Assembly: GCA_013239625.1 (NCBI GenBank)
Contig: MU053881.1
Span: 5,851,957-5,915,956, forward strand
Reading direction: 5' to 3'
From: Lama guanicoe
Lineage: Eukaryota
DNA: 64,000 bases
Shown: positions 1-11,749 of the stretch, piece by piece
How the letters are laid out: each line of letters starts with the position of its first letter
Position numbering within the stretch: position 1 is the stretch's first letter
Program-made: the position numbers and the translations under genes
Notes under the pieces: generated by a model
Seen by the model: only the letters and a program-made list of their open reading frames with translations
What the model was told of the DNA's origin: nothing
The model's database searches: none

Positions 1-180
1 GGAATTGCATTAAACCTACAGATCTCTTGGGGAAGAACTGTCATCTTTACTATGTGTCTTCCAACCTGTGAACACCATTTATTTAAGTTTTCTTTGATCA
101 GCATTCTGTAATTTTCAGCACACAGATCCTATACGTGTTCTATTAAGTGTGTATTTAAACATTTCACTTTCTTTTGGGCA
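1..180 (-). mobile_element. Ancient L1 (L1M-type) ORF2 fragment, runs off window start
   Basis: GGAATTGCATTAAACCTACAGAT...GTCTTCCAACCTGTGAACA resembles antisense L1M ORF2. Confidence 0.75.
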
Positions 181-384
181 TCCTTCATATTTTAAAAGCC
201 TCCATCTACCAGAGAAATTTCATGTGTTCAGAAATCATTAATTTTCAACATTTTGATGAGCTACCTTTCCCAAAGGTGCTCAATGAAGCACCTACTATGT
301 GCTAGGCATTTCACTAGTTTATTTTATTACATCTTCTTCGGGCTATAACTCTGTAGGTAGCTGGGGATTAAGTCTGTTTTACTA

Positions 385-570
385 GCCATTGTATCTCTGA
401 ATCCCATTATGCAGCCTGTTGCTACAAAATGTTCAGTAAAAATATTTGTTGAATGAATGAATAATGAGCAACGTCACAACTGTGGGTTCTGAGAGGCCAT
501 GAGCTGTGTCTGGTGAATACATTTTTGTATTTCATAGTACTTGGATCTGTAAATATTTGCTGAATGAGTA
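385..570 (+). mobile_element. L2 3'-end remnants (two tails)
   Basis: AAATATTTGTTGAATGAATGAAT and AAATATTTGCTGAATGAGT match the L2 tail. Confidence 0.6.
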
Positions 571-634
571 AAGCAGGTGGTATGGTTTTAATTTCACCAG
601 TGAAGAGGCTGAGCAGCCAAGGAAAGATATTAAC

Positions 635-835
635 CGTAGTAACTGTCATGTACTGAGCATCAGCTGTGTTCTAGGCCCCAAGCAAGTGCTTTCCATGCAT
701 TGTCTCATCTAATCCTCGTAGCTGCCCTGCAAGATTGGAGCTGTCAGTCTTTCTGTCTGGATGTTACTTTGCTTGTTCAAGATCATACTCTCTACTAGGG
801 GCCTGAGTGCAGGTCTGTTTAACTCCAAAGCCTTT
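635..835 (-). mobile_element. MIR SINE
   Basis: TCTCATCTAATCCTC...CAAGATCATAC...AACTCCAAAGCC, antisense MIR. Confidence 0.65.
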
Positions 836-1104
836 TAGTTTACCCCAAAGGGTTAATGTAATTTCAGCCAAAAGCAAAGAAAGTTTCTATTCTTGTTATC
901 CTTTGTGGCTTTATTGTGGGTGAGTAGATGTGGGAATCTTTCAAAAGACGTTAAACTTTTGAAATATCAAAAGTAGCTATATCCCCTCCTCCGTCTCCAA
1001 TTCCATGGCGACCCCAGTTTGGTACCCAGGGATTTCAATCTCCACCCCTTCTTCTTCTTCCCCCTTCTTCTGTGCATCCTTATTATCATCCTAAGAGATT
1101 TCAA

Positions 1105-1328
1105 GAAATTACTGAGTATGGAGCTCTGTGCGAAGTGCTTTGTATGTATTGACTTACTGTAGTGTGATTTCAACTCTGGATGGTAAATAATATGATTATC
1201 CCCATTTTACAGATGAAGAGACTGAGGCTCACAGTGGTTAAGTCCCTTTCCCAAAGTGACACAGCTAGTGAGAAGCGCTGTTGAGATCTGAACTTCGCGG
1301 GTCTGATTTGAGCACCCAGGCTCTTGAT
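1105..1328 (-). mobile_element. MIR SINE
   Basis: Core ATTATCCCCATTTTACAGATGAAGAGACTGAGGCTCA...GTGACACAGCTAGT. Confidence 0.9.
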
Positions 1329-1730
1329 GGCCATGAGACACTGCCCCTTCCATGGGGAAACTTGAGACTAGAAAAAGAAAGGGATCACCCAAGCCAGTCA
1401 GAAAAAAGGAACCAGAACTCAACTCTCTTGCTCCCACCTGGGACTCTTCAAAAGGCCATCTGCATCATTTCTGGGGTCCTGCATGTGGGCAGCTACTGGC
1501 TTCTTGGGCTTCACCTCGCGGAAGCGTTTCAAATGTGAAATGCAGATACTCAAGGACTGCCCATTCAACTAATTACAGCACATCGAAAGGAACGAATTAC
1601 AGCCATGGAAAGAGATGATAACCAGAAACATTTTCCTGGAAACCCAATGAGTTCTTCCAGGAAACTGCTCTAAAGAGCAGCTATGAGTTGGGGAGCTTCT
1701 GGGATTCGTTCTGAGGGCCATTTCCTGGGG

Positions 1731-1935
1731 CCGGGAGGAGAGGGACGCCGAACTTCCCTGCCCGATCCTCAGAGCGCACGCCCAGAAGCTCATGTGCGTG
1801 GTGTGGGCTGCGGGCTGGGGCAGGGTTTGGTAGGTGCCGGGCGAGGTGCCTCCCATCCTCCCCCGCCAGCCAACGCTCCTGCTACTCGGTACAGGAAGCG
1901 GGAGGGGATGAGAAAGGCGGGAGGGGCAGTGGACG
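1731..1935. promoter_or_regulatory. Small CpG/GC-rich patch, candidate promoter or enhancer
   Basis: 16 CpGs counted by eye in about 205 bp, GC-box-like CCTCCCCGCC and GGCGGGAGGGG, ETS-like ACAGGAAGC. Confidence 0.4.
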
Positions 1936-2124
1936 AGGGAATCAGGCTTCCTGAGTGAATGGGGGAGTGAATGGGGGAGGGAGGGAATGAATGGAAAATG
2001 TGTGGGTGAAAAAAGAATTCCAGGCAAATCACTAATCGAAAAATTACACCTTATGAAGGGAGCCGTCTGCCCTATACCTAACAGGCAGCGATCAGTCAGA
2101 GCTCTGTGCGTGACTTCTGCCTCC

Positions 2125-2270
2125 CAAACACGCCTGGGTTGCGAATCCTGGTGTCACTGTTTTCTGAGTCTCGGTGATCTGAAAGATGAGATGAGTAATA
2201 AAGTATGTCTTGTGGGGTTAACTGGGATGGCCCTGATGAATAGTGCCTGGTTCAAAGTAGGAACTCAGTT
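2125..2270 (+). mobile_element. MIR SINE (degraded)
   Basis: GCCTGGGTTGCGAATCCTGG...AGTGCCTGGTTCAAAGTAGG. Confidence 0.6.
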
Positions 2271-2759
2271 AGTGGCCCCCCAACTCTGTCTCCCTCTCCC
2301 TCTCCCCCTCCTTTCCCGGCTCCTTTCTCTTCCTGGCTTCTCCAAATGTTTATTGGCTGGCTGCTTCTGTGCCAACTCAATGCAAAAGTCTCCCCCAGTA
2401 ATTTAAGAATACAGAGACTTTCTGTGAAAAGTCTGTCCAGAAGACTGATGTACATGGTATAATAGGCAAGCCTGGGTAGGAGTGGGTGGGACTTAATGAG
2501 GTATGGAGGAAGGGGACGGGATGCTGTATAAAGGAGGAAGCATTTTTTGGCTAGCTGGAGGGGAGAAGAAAGGAGATCCGGAGAGACAGCACCATGGGCA
2601 AAGGCCTCTCAACCTGGGCCTTACACTGGAACCCAGTCCTAGCCTGGGTCTGACTTGTACGTGCCACCGGGATTACAAACTAAGATGCACAGAGATACTG
2701 AACCATTAATAAAATGAGAGGAGTGGACTGGGGGTACCACAAAAGGGCCTGGTGGGGAC

Positions 2760-2970
2760 TGTGGCAAATTATAACATGTATGTCTAGAAGGGTCAGCCAA
2801 TTGTTGCCATGAGAATGTGGGATCCAGTGTTACAAAATCCGATTTTTTCAAGAAAAGCTAGAAATTCAGTCTCTTATGTGAAATCTCCTGACTTATAAAT
2901 GTTGGTGATAAATTCAACTTTAGGGGGAAAAAACCCCCCAAAAAACCAAAAACACTGTGTGGATGAAAAG
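2760..2970 (-). mobile_element. Ancient hAT DNA transposon fossil (MER102-like)
   Basis: AGCCAATTGTTGCCATGAGAATGTGGG...TTTTCAAGAAAAGCTAGAAAT...TGTGAAATCTCC; reverse-complement homolog of copies at about 8385 and 55490. Confidence 0.65.
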
Positions 2971-3310
2971 AAGGCCATTGGTTTACAAACTCTGATTTAC
3001 TGTGTGTCTGCTGTGTGACGGGTGCTGTGCTGGGCGCATACACGACTTGTCCCTAATCCTCATAACAGTCTTGCCACTTGGGGCTTCTTACCTGTGAGGG
3101 CAGGCAACGGAAGTCCCTGTTGCTCACTAAATTTAGAAAAGTTTTGGAGGGAGGTCCACAGGGAGCTCCTGGAATAATGGATGGAGAGGCTGAAGATCCA
3201 GGGGACCACAGGCCAGGACATGTCACAGTAATAGTCCGAACCCAGAGCTGTATATGGGGGCAAATGTCAGATCCCAAAGCCATGAAAGAATTCCAGATTC
3301 TCTTGATGTC

Positions 3311-3786
3311 TGCGTTAGTTACCTATGTCTTCTCTAACAAATAGCTACTAACTCAGGGGCTTAAAATGACAGAAACTAATTTTCTCACAGTTCTGGAAAC
3401 CGGAAGTCCAAAGTCAGTATCACTGGGCTGAAATCAAGACGTCAGGTTGACTGCACTCCCTCTGGATGCTCAAGAAGAGACTCCATTCCTTGCTCTTCCA
3501 GCTTCTGGTAGCTGCCAGCATTCCTTGGCTTGTGGCCACATCATTCCAGCCTCTGCCTCCATGGTCACATCGTTTTCTTCTCTTCTGTGTGTGTGAAATC
3601 CTCCTCTTAAAGGGATACCTGGATTGCATGGGGGCCCCACCCAGATAATCTTGTATAATCTCCTTATCTCAAAATCCTGAATTTAGTGGCATCTGCACAG
3701 CCCTTCTCTGCAATATAAATCAACATTCACAGATTCCAGGAAGTAGGCCGTGGATATCTTTGTGGGGATTTTTCCAGTCTACCATA
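3311..3786 (-). mobile_element. MaLR solo LTR (MLT1C/MLT1D-type)
   Basis: Full-length antisense match (GGCTTAAAA..CACAGTTCTGGA..CATTCCTTGGCTTGTGGCC); 5-bp TSD ATGTC/GTGTC. Confidence 0.9.
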
Positions 3787-5589
3787 GTGTCTGGGACATC
3801 CCCTGAAGATTCAAAGCCTTGGACTGGAGCAACTATTAGACTGTGCCTTGTCATAGGCCTGGGCCCTGGCTGCCAGGAGATGGCAGAGGATCTGGGCTTC
3901 TGTTGCTTTTGCAGTGGGAGGCAAGGCTATTTCACCCTACCTCCCAATCCTACCCCTCAAGGCTCACATATTGGGTGATTCCTTCCAGGGAAAGAGGGAT
4001 TTGGGATGTAGCTTAGACCATTCTTGCTACCCCCATCTCCCATCTGCTCCCATCTGTTCTGAGATGGAGACCCAGCTCGGGTTGACCACGGCACATCTGA
4101 GTGGCCAGCACCATGAGGCCAGGGACATCTCCCCGTCGTCCTCCTGTGGCCTCTCAGAACTCAGCGCCGTGCCTGGCACTTAGTAGGAGCTCAGTATTCG
4201 GTAACAGCTCACTGCCTCCAGAGTCCCGGTTCTCTCCCTGCTCCTGTTACTGCAGCAAGTGGCGCCCAGGATGCCAGATGAGTGAGGGGGCAAACGTATA
4301 CATTTAGATACAGCTTTGGCATACGCTTGCCTGCGGGGGATGCGGGCCACACCAAAAACACCCTTCTGCATGCCCCATTAATCAGAGGGCTAGGAGAACT
4401 GTGAACAGTGGACCGAAAAGGAAAAAAAAAAAGTGAGATTAATTTATGAGGCGTTCTGCTGCCTGGATGGCTCATTGCATACCCGTTTTGGCAACGCTGC
4501 CCCGTAATGCGCTTCTAGACTTACTGTACTCCGACATCCAGGGGCTCTTTTGTAATTTGCCAAGTATTCCGCCGTTATTGTTCTAGGCACCACCTGTTGG
4601 TCATTGGGCTAATTTATTTCAGTCGGAATTTCAGGACCAGACACAACTCTTATTACTCACTGCTTCGAAGAGGGAATAAAAGAGCAATTGATATTTGGAA
4701 AAATGAAAAATATGTCCAGAAGACTTTGGGCCCTGAGGCCAAGAAGGAAAAAAAAAAAACTGGGGGAAAGCTGGAGGGAAAACTGAGGCGGGCTCACCTC
4801 GTAATGCACTCTGTCGTGGCCCGTTTCGGAGACGTGGAGTCTAGGCATTGTCTGCAGACAGATGAATCAACGGCAGGGCTCTGAGCATTGCTCAGACACC
4901 TGCGTCCCTCTGCACATGGCTTCAGCCGCTACCTGCAGGAGCGGGGGTAGGAAAGATTGCCGGGCGGAGTGTTCACCTCAGTCAGTTGTGTGTTCAATCG
5001 TGACTTGGGTTGGAGGGGGAGGGAGCAATCCCAGTGGGGCTGTTGAATTCCTAAGGCCACTTGCCCCCGCATCCAAGACTCTTCATGGAAAACGAGCCTA
5101 GGAATATAATTCTGAGATGGGACAGCCACTTGATTTCAGGAGCAGTGTGAGAAAGTGCTAGGTGTGAGAAAGGCTCTGCTGGTGGGCGGAGACGTGATTA
5201 AGAGGTGTCCCCAACTCCTGTAAGTGGTCTTGCTGGGGCTGGCAAGGGGACCGTCTCCTTTGCTGTGTGTGTCAGAGTGAAGTCTGTGACTTCGCTCTTC
5301 CTGGAAGTCCTGCTTAAACGCTGGGTTTTTGGCAGACAGAGGGGTTTCTGCAGAGACAGGAAATAGGGGGCTGAGTTTAGCTCTGCACTGGTCCAAAAAA
5401 AAAAAAAAAGAAGCTGCATAGAATGAGTACATACATGAACACGAAGGGGTGTCTATGCTCGCCTTGGACTTGCCTTGAAGAAGCCGTGATGGAGAAGTGC
5501 TTAGGGTCCCGGGATGTAGAGCCAGGCGGTCCTGACAACAGATTCCTCCCTTCTCATTCATTCTTTGGGAGAGCTTGGGCGGCACGCTC

Positions 5590-5695
5590 TACCTTACTAG
5601 ACCTCAGTGTCCTCATCTGTCAGGTGGGGACAAAAATATCAGCCTCAGGGTGGTTGAACTGAAAATGAGGTAATGCCTGTAAAACTCTTGACCTG
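5590..5695 (+). mobile_element. MIR SINE
   Basis: CCTCAGTGTCCTCATCTGTCAGGTGGGGA core. Confidence 0.7.
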
Positions 5696-5744
5696 CGGTG
5701 ATAATAACCACTGTTCCCCTTTGGTTGCACGGTCACGGTCAGGT

Positions 5745-5915
5745 GTGGAATTAAGCACTTTGAATTAATTCTCTTGTGGGATCCTTAGCTCTGTAGAAAC
5801 ATACTATCTCTGTTTGACAGATTGGTAAACTGAGGCTGGGGGAGATTAAGGGCTTCACCCAAGATCACACAAATAGTGTATGAATTAAGGTCTGTCCGCC
5901 CCCAGATCCTGAGTT
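5745..5915 (-). mobile_element. MIR SINE, interrupted at its end by an L1
   Basis: ACAGATTGGTAAACTGAGGCT...CCCAAGATCACAC. Confidence 0.75.
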
Positions 5916-6677
5916 TTTTTTTCTTTTTTTTTCTTTAAATTGAAGTACAGTCAGTTTACAATGTTGTGTTAATATCTGGTGTACAGCATAGTGATTCAGT
6001 TATGCACGTATAGATACATTCTTTTACATTATGAGCTATTTCAAGATATTGAATACAGTTCCCTGTGCTATGCAGTAGGACCTGGTTGTTTATCTATTTT
6101 ATATACAGTAGTGTGTATCTGCAAATTCTGAACTCCCAATTTACCCCTCCACCATCCCCCCCTTTTCCCCACTGGTAACTACAAATTTGTTTCCTATGTC
6201 TGTGAGTCTGTTTCTGTTCTGTAAATAAGTTCATTTGTGTCATTTTTTTAGATTCCACATATAAGTGATACCATACAGTATTTTTCTTTCCCTTTCTGTC
6301 TTCACTTAGTATGACGATCTCCAGGTCTGTCCATGTTGCTGCAAATGGCATTATTTTATTCTTTTTTATGGCTGAGTAGTACTCCATTATATACCACAAC
6401 TTCTTTATCCAGTCACCTGTTGATGGACATTTCGGTTGCTTCCATGCCTTGGCTATTGTAAATGGTGCTTCTATGAACATCGGTGGGGGGGGTGGTGCAC
6501 GAATCTTTTCAAATTAGAGTTTCCTCCAGATACATGCCCAGGAGTGGGATTGCTGGATCATAGGGTAAGTCTATTTTTATGGTTGCACCAAACTACATTC
6601 CCACCAGCCGTGTAGGAGTGTTCCCTCTTCTCCATGCCCTCTCCAGCATTAATTGTTCTTGGGCTTTTTGATAATAT
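5916..6677 (-). mobile_element. 5'-truncated younger L1 (ORF2 C-terminus, 3'UTR, poly-A) with TSD
   Basis: ORF 6094-6480 MFIEAPFTIAKAWKQPKCPSTGDWIKKLWYI..MEYYSAIKK matches the L1 ORF2 C-terminus; poly-T at left end; TSD AGATCCTGAGTTTTTT (5904-5919) / AGAGCCTGAGTTCTTT (6678-6693). Confidence 0.95.
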
Positions 6678-7814
6678 AGAGCCTGAGTTCTTTACATCTG
6701 CTGTCTCACATGGAGATTAGCACTTGTAGCAAAAAGCATATACAGTCAGGTAAGACTAGACCCAGTCTCTTGACAAGTCCAGAGCAGTCTCCCTTTCCTG
6801 TGGCGATGGGAAAGACCACTGTGTCTTCATTTGAGCACAGGCTGAAGTTGTTACAGGAACATATGGAACCAACAGATCCTTTTAAACAGCAGAGTTATCC
6901 TCAGAGGGGCAGCAGGCCCTCTGTAGGAGGGACATGTGGCCTCAGAGCCCGAGGGAAGGGGGAGTGCTCGGTCCTGGTCCTGAGCTGGGAGAGCAGCACG
7001 TTTGGGTATGTTCGGGATGTTCCTTCCCCTGTCTGATTGTATATATCTGAATTCGAGTAAGGTAGGTGGCCCAGGGCCTGTGGGATGGGAAGACCCTGTA
7101 GAGATGCTACAAAGACAGGGCATCCGGGCCACGGTGTGTGCTCAGTGTCTGTTAAATGAACGTGGCTGAGGATGAGCATCCGGGACTGGCAACCGGCCCT
7201 CTGAACCCCGCCTTGGGTTGAAATGGCTTCAAGATGAGACCAAAACATCCGTGTCTGGGACATTTTTGGGCTGAGCGCGCTGCCCCAGTTTGGACTGCCC
7301 GCGCTCCCTGACCTCACGGCCCCAGTGTCTCTTCCCCGGGGGGCTCCTGAGGAGCACTGGGTCTGCTCTTGGGAGACCTGCCCCAGACCTGTGGGTTGGG
7401 AGCCTCAGGCCAAGTTAATAAAAACAGAGTGAGCGCGTAGGCACAGCTCAAAATGAGGCTCCCACAGACCGGGAGCCAGTTTCTTTTTGTTTTAAGCTGT
7501 TTTGGGTTTCTGGCAATCAGGACTAGAGGGATCATTGACACAATAGCTGCATGTCAGGTTGTGCTTTTATAAGGAACACCATGAAATTCTTTCCTGTGTC
7601 CAAGACGCTTCCTGGGCTTTGTGGATGAGCCTCACAGCCCAGTTCAAAGGAGCCTTTGATGGGGTTGGATGGTGGGGCAGGGCAGGGTAAGGGCGGTATG
7701 TCATGGGTCTGCGTGAGATGAACCCACAAGATGCTTAAGGCGCGTGGGGCTCCTGGAATCCAGGACGCGCTCCATGGAGCAGGTCCTGTGGGTGTGGGTG
7801 GAGGGCACGGAAGG

Positions 7815-7950
7815 TGAGCTGTGGAGCCAGGGAGACCTGGTTCCCATCTTCTCTCTGCTGACTCTTTGTGTAACCCTCATGGATTCTTCACTTCTCTGTG
7901 CTGCCTCAGTTTCTTCATCTGTAAAACGGGGGTAACAATCGTACCATCAG
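7815..7950 (+). mobile_element. MIR SINE
   Basis: GCCTCAGTTTCTTCATCTGTAAAACGGGGGTAACAAT core. Confidence 0.85.
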
Positions 7951-8097
7951 TTTAACAGGGCCATTGTGTCAAGGTAGGGGCAAGCGTGGGCTCTCCAAAT
8001 GGGGTGGGTTAGGACGGAGAGTGACAGAGCTGTATGTGCCCTCGGTCCTTGTCCCTGCTCTCAATAGCAGTAGAAGTTACGACAGCCAAGATGATTG

Positions 8098-8240
8098 GGA
8101 TAACAATGGCTAATTCGATCGAGCTCTTGATTGTGCAAAATCTAGCAAGGTTGATCTCACTTGATCCTCATAATCACTCTCCAGATAGACTTCATTTTTC
8201 TTACTTTGCAGATGAGGAATCAGACGCCAAGTTCAAACTA
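8098..8240 (-). mobile_element. MIR SINE
   Basis: CACTTGATCCTCATAA...TTTGCAGATGAGGAATCAGA. Confidence 0.7.
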
Positions 8241-8384
8241 TGAAGCCACCCCACCTCCCGAGAAGTGTTCACATGGTAAACGCCCAAATAGGCGAATCTC
8301 AGTTCCCCTCCCCCTTCGAGGTCTAGCATGAGCCCCACCTTCTCAGCGAAGCCCTCAAGCCACAGTGATCTCTCTCTACCCACC

Positions 8385-8620
8385 TGGCCTGCAGACAGAT
8401 GTTTAAAAAATAAAAATAAAAAAAAAAATAATAATAATAATAAACCGACAATATTTAAAAATTAGGAGCCTTTACATCCAAATGCAGACTTCGGGCTTTT
8501 CTTGAAGAATGAGAAATCTGGCTGCACTGATCCGTGTTCCTGCAGGACGGCACCTCCCTGGTGCGGGCAGCTGCCTTCTGGTGGGGCCTGGGCTCTGTAA
8601 TGCCACCGGCCTGGCCCTGA
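8385..8620 (+). mobile_element. Ancient hAT DNA transposon fossil (MER102-like)
   Basis: ATTTAAAAATTAGGAG..AAATGCAGACTTCGGGCTTTTCTTGAAGAATGAGAAATCTGGC; homologous to 55490-55695. Confidence 0.6.
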
Positions 8621-8944
8621 AGGCATACGGCTTGGTGAATCTTACTCTCTATTTAGTTGTCTGATTGAGTAGTTAGCAAATACTTCCTATGCATTTTTTG
8701 GTCAACCTCTTGCTGGCCCCAGCTCCAAGGGAAATGCTTCCTCCACATCTTTAGAATCGCTCGGGTCTGGGGCCTCATACCAGCCCTGGAGTCTAAGCCT
8801 GTTAATTAGATCAATGAAAGCCGGGGAAAAACTCTTTTTTCTTTGAGGACCCCAGATGGAGGTCTTGGAAGGGATTCAGTGACCTCAGAGAGGTTGTGCG
8901 TCTCCATCACTCTCCTGGAATGGTGAGGCCGGGGGATTTCAAAC

Positions 8945-9185
8945 TGATGCTTATTAAGCCCCTGCTGTGTACCAAGCATGGTGGAAGGAATCACGCATAT
9001 GTCATTTTCCTGAGTCCCCACCACCTTCCCGAGCCTGAGGGCAAGGCCCCCATTTTACAGATGAGGAAAGTCAGACTCAAAGAGAAGTGAAGAAGACCAC
9101 TTAAGGTCAGACCAGCTTGCTGGTGGCAGAGTCAGGATTCGAACCCAGGTCTGTCGATTCCCACGTCTGACTCTTTCCACACACA
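8945..9185 (-). mobile_element. MIR SINE, near full length
   Basis: CCCATTTTACAGATGAGGAAA...GGCAGAGTCAGGATTCGAACCCAGGTCTGTC. Confidence 0.9.
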
Positions 9186-10466
9186 GCCTGGGCCAACGCT
9201 CCATGCCAGGCCCCTCTCTGCCAAAGAGAAGACCTTTGCGATGTTTTGTGTCCTTGAAGGCAAACCAAAAGAATTCCCTACAACTCACTGCTGGCATTTC
9301 AAGTATTGGTTTATGGGTTTTTTGGTGAGAATGCATCCAGGGGCCTATCACCCTTAGTGAAATAGATACTTTTCCAATCAAAGAGTCAAGCCAGAACTTG
9401 GCTTCTTAGAAAACCACTTGTCTGGAATGCTTGCCAGCGACTAGACGGTCCCACAGTTCAGATTTTAAAAACTGTCTCAAATGTATGGAGAGACCTGCGG
9501 GGTGGAGGGTGGGAAAGTCACATACCTTGCTACGGAAATACATAGACGTTCAAGTCTTCAGGACTCCTCGGCTGGCCAGAGTCAAGTCAGCCTTTTTGTG
9601 GGGTTCTCAGGAGTCTCGCTGCCTTGCTGAACCAGAAACGAGCTTATAGTTTATGGGACTTTTCTTTCATGAAACAAAAACAGCAATTAAAGAGAAAAAC
9701 CTTCTATAAACAAGTGTCTATAGTTCTCGTTTGCTTAACTTTTTCCAACCTTATGAAAAATTGGAACAGAAATCGCCTTCTGAAAGAAGGTTTGGGAAGT
9801 ATTTTTCTTTCAGGTTCATTCAAAATAGTCACACCCCCTTCTCCACCCCTTCCCGAATTCTGATGTTTCCAATGGTCTCCACCATATCCTGGAGACTAAC
9901 CATGTGGCGTGTTTTCATTATCTCTCGCCACAATTAGAGGAACATGCAAATGACTTTGAGTAGACCCTCCTCCCACATCTGGATGGAATCTGAGACCCCA
10001 AATGGTCTGAGCATTTGGACTGAAGAGGTTGGCTAATTCCATCCAAGTACCAGTTGCGGGCTGGGTAGGGACTGGTTAATTCATTCCAAACGGTCAACCA
10101 AGGATGGTGAGCAGACATAACCTGTGGTTCAGAAAGGTTTCCCTTAACCCTTCCTGAGTTTTGATCTGAGGTTTATACAAACAGAAATTATGTGTGGGGT
10201 GGAGTGCAGCCAGGAAGTCTCTGAGAAAACTCCATCTTACACATTTTCTTTGAGACGGCCAGACATAAATCTTTGAGGATATCCGTCTTCCTAACAGAGT
10301 GGCTGGATTTTATGGTTACTACACCCTGGTTAGATTTTAATGGATAAAATACTTTTTTGAGTCCAAGGAAAGGGCTGGTATTCCCTGAATAGCTAATACC
10401 GCCTTTCAAGCAGAAAGGAGGAACCGTTTTAAAAAAAGCCAGAGACTGTACACTACCAAAGGGACG

Positions 10467-10468
<2 letters not shown>

Positions 10469-10498
<30 letters not shown>
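10469..10498. repeat. (GT)15 microsatellite
   Basis: Direct read. Confidence 0.97.
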
Positions 10499-10501
<3 letters not shown>

Positions 10502-11589
10502 ATGCAATAGTACTTTTTCAGATACATTTTCATTCTTTTCAGGATAAGCAAGTTAATTTTTCTGCCTCTGAAATAATAGACAAAAAATGGGAGAGGCTTA
10601 CTGTCTCCAAGGTAAAGTAAGGTAAATATATATTTATCAACCCAAACTACCCTTCTCTGTGCCCTTTTGAAAAAATCATTAATAATAACAGAAAGCCAAA
10701 TTTTAACCCATTATTCATTACTGTTACTCAGTCTGCTTTTATCATCCCTCCATCTCTTCCTTTCTCCCTCCCTCTCCTTCCATCCTTTCTTCCCTCTGCC
10801 TACAAACATTTTCCCAGGTACCCGCTAGTGCCAGACACTGCCCTTGGTTCTTTTGAAGTCCATACAAAGACCAGCAGGGAAACTGAGTTGATTAAACTGG
10901 CTGAGAGACGGAGAGCACACATAGTCTCACTGTGTCTCAACTGGGGACGTTGGAGAAGGATATTTACAGGGGCTTGGATGTTGGAGGTTTGGGGGTGCTC
11001 TGTGGAGCACTGGGGACACAGGGACAAATGCCCTATTTTGACTTCAAGGAGCTCCAAGTCTGTTTGAGAGGCGTGGTCCAGCCCTACTTTCTCTCTCACA
11101 GACGTCAGTGATGTGCAGGTCTTATGGCTATTGGTGCTTTAGAGTCCGCGGGCATTCACTTTTATTTAGCTTGATTGTAAATGTTGCACATGGGTTTTGG
11201 ATTTTACTATCTAGTTGCTCTGACTATTTTTATATGGTGTTTTGAGAAGTCCAAAACTATGCTTCAGTCACCACAGAAGCCCCCTCCCCAGCCCACCCCT
11301 CCATGAGCCACACCTGCCTGATGTGTTAGGTACATTAGCTCACAGCCATCCCTCGGGACAGGTACCATGTTCCCTCTTGTGCAGGGAAGGTGAGTCTTCA
11401 AAGAGAGGGGATGACTTCTTCCTAAGTGACAGAGCTGGGATTCAGATCTGCCTCCACGGACCCCTGTAACCTTCCATGATGAGACAGTCTCTCTGGCTGT
11501 TGTGAGTCATCAGCTAAAGCATCCAGTAAATGTGTAAATGCCTGTTTTGTTTTAGGCCCTGCAGAGGAAGCTGTGGACACAGAACAGGA

Positions 11590-11745
11590 ATAATAATTAC
11601 GGTGAACATATGTGTGGAGGGTTTGTACTGAGCACTTCACACACATGATCTCACTAAATCCTCATTACCGCCAGCGTTATGGGTAACTATGGAGGGACAA
11701 ACTGATATTCGAAGAGGTTAATTAATGTAAACCAGGTCATGCCAC
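11590..11745 (-). mobile_element. MIR SINE
   Basis: GCACTTCACACACATGATCTCACTAAATCCTCA...AACTGA..AGAGGTTAA. Confidence 0.6.
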
Positions 11746-11749
11746 ATTA

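Noticed and set aside
6094..6480. 128-aa ORF as a functional CDS
   Set aside because: It is the decayed C-terminus of L1 ORF2 reading into the 3'UTR of a truncated element.
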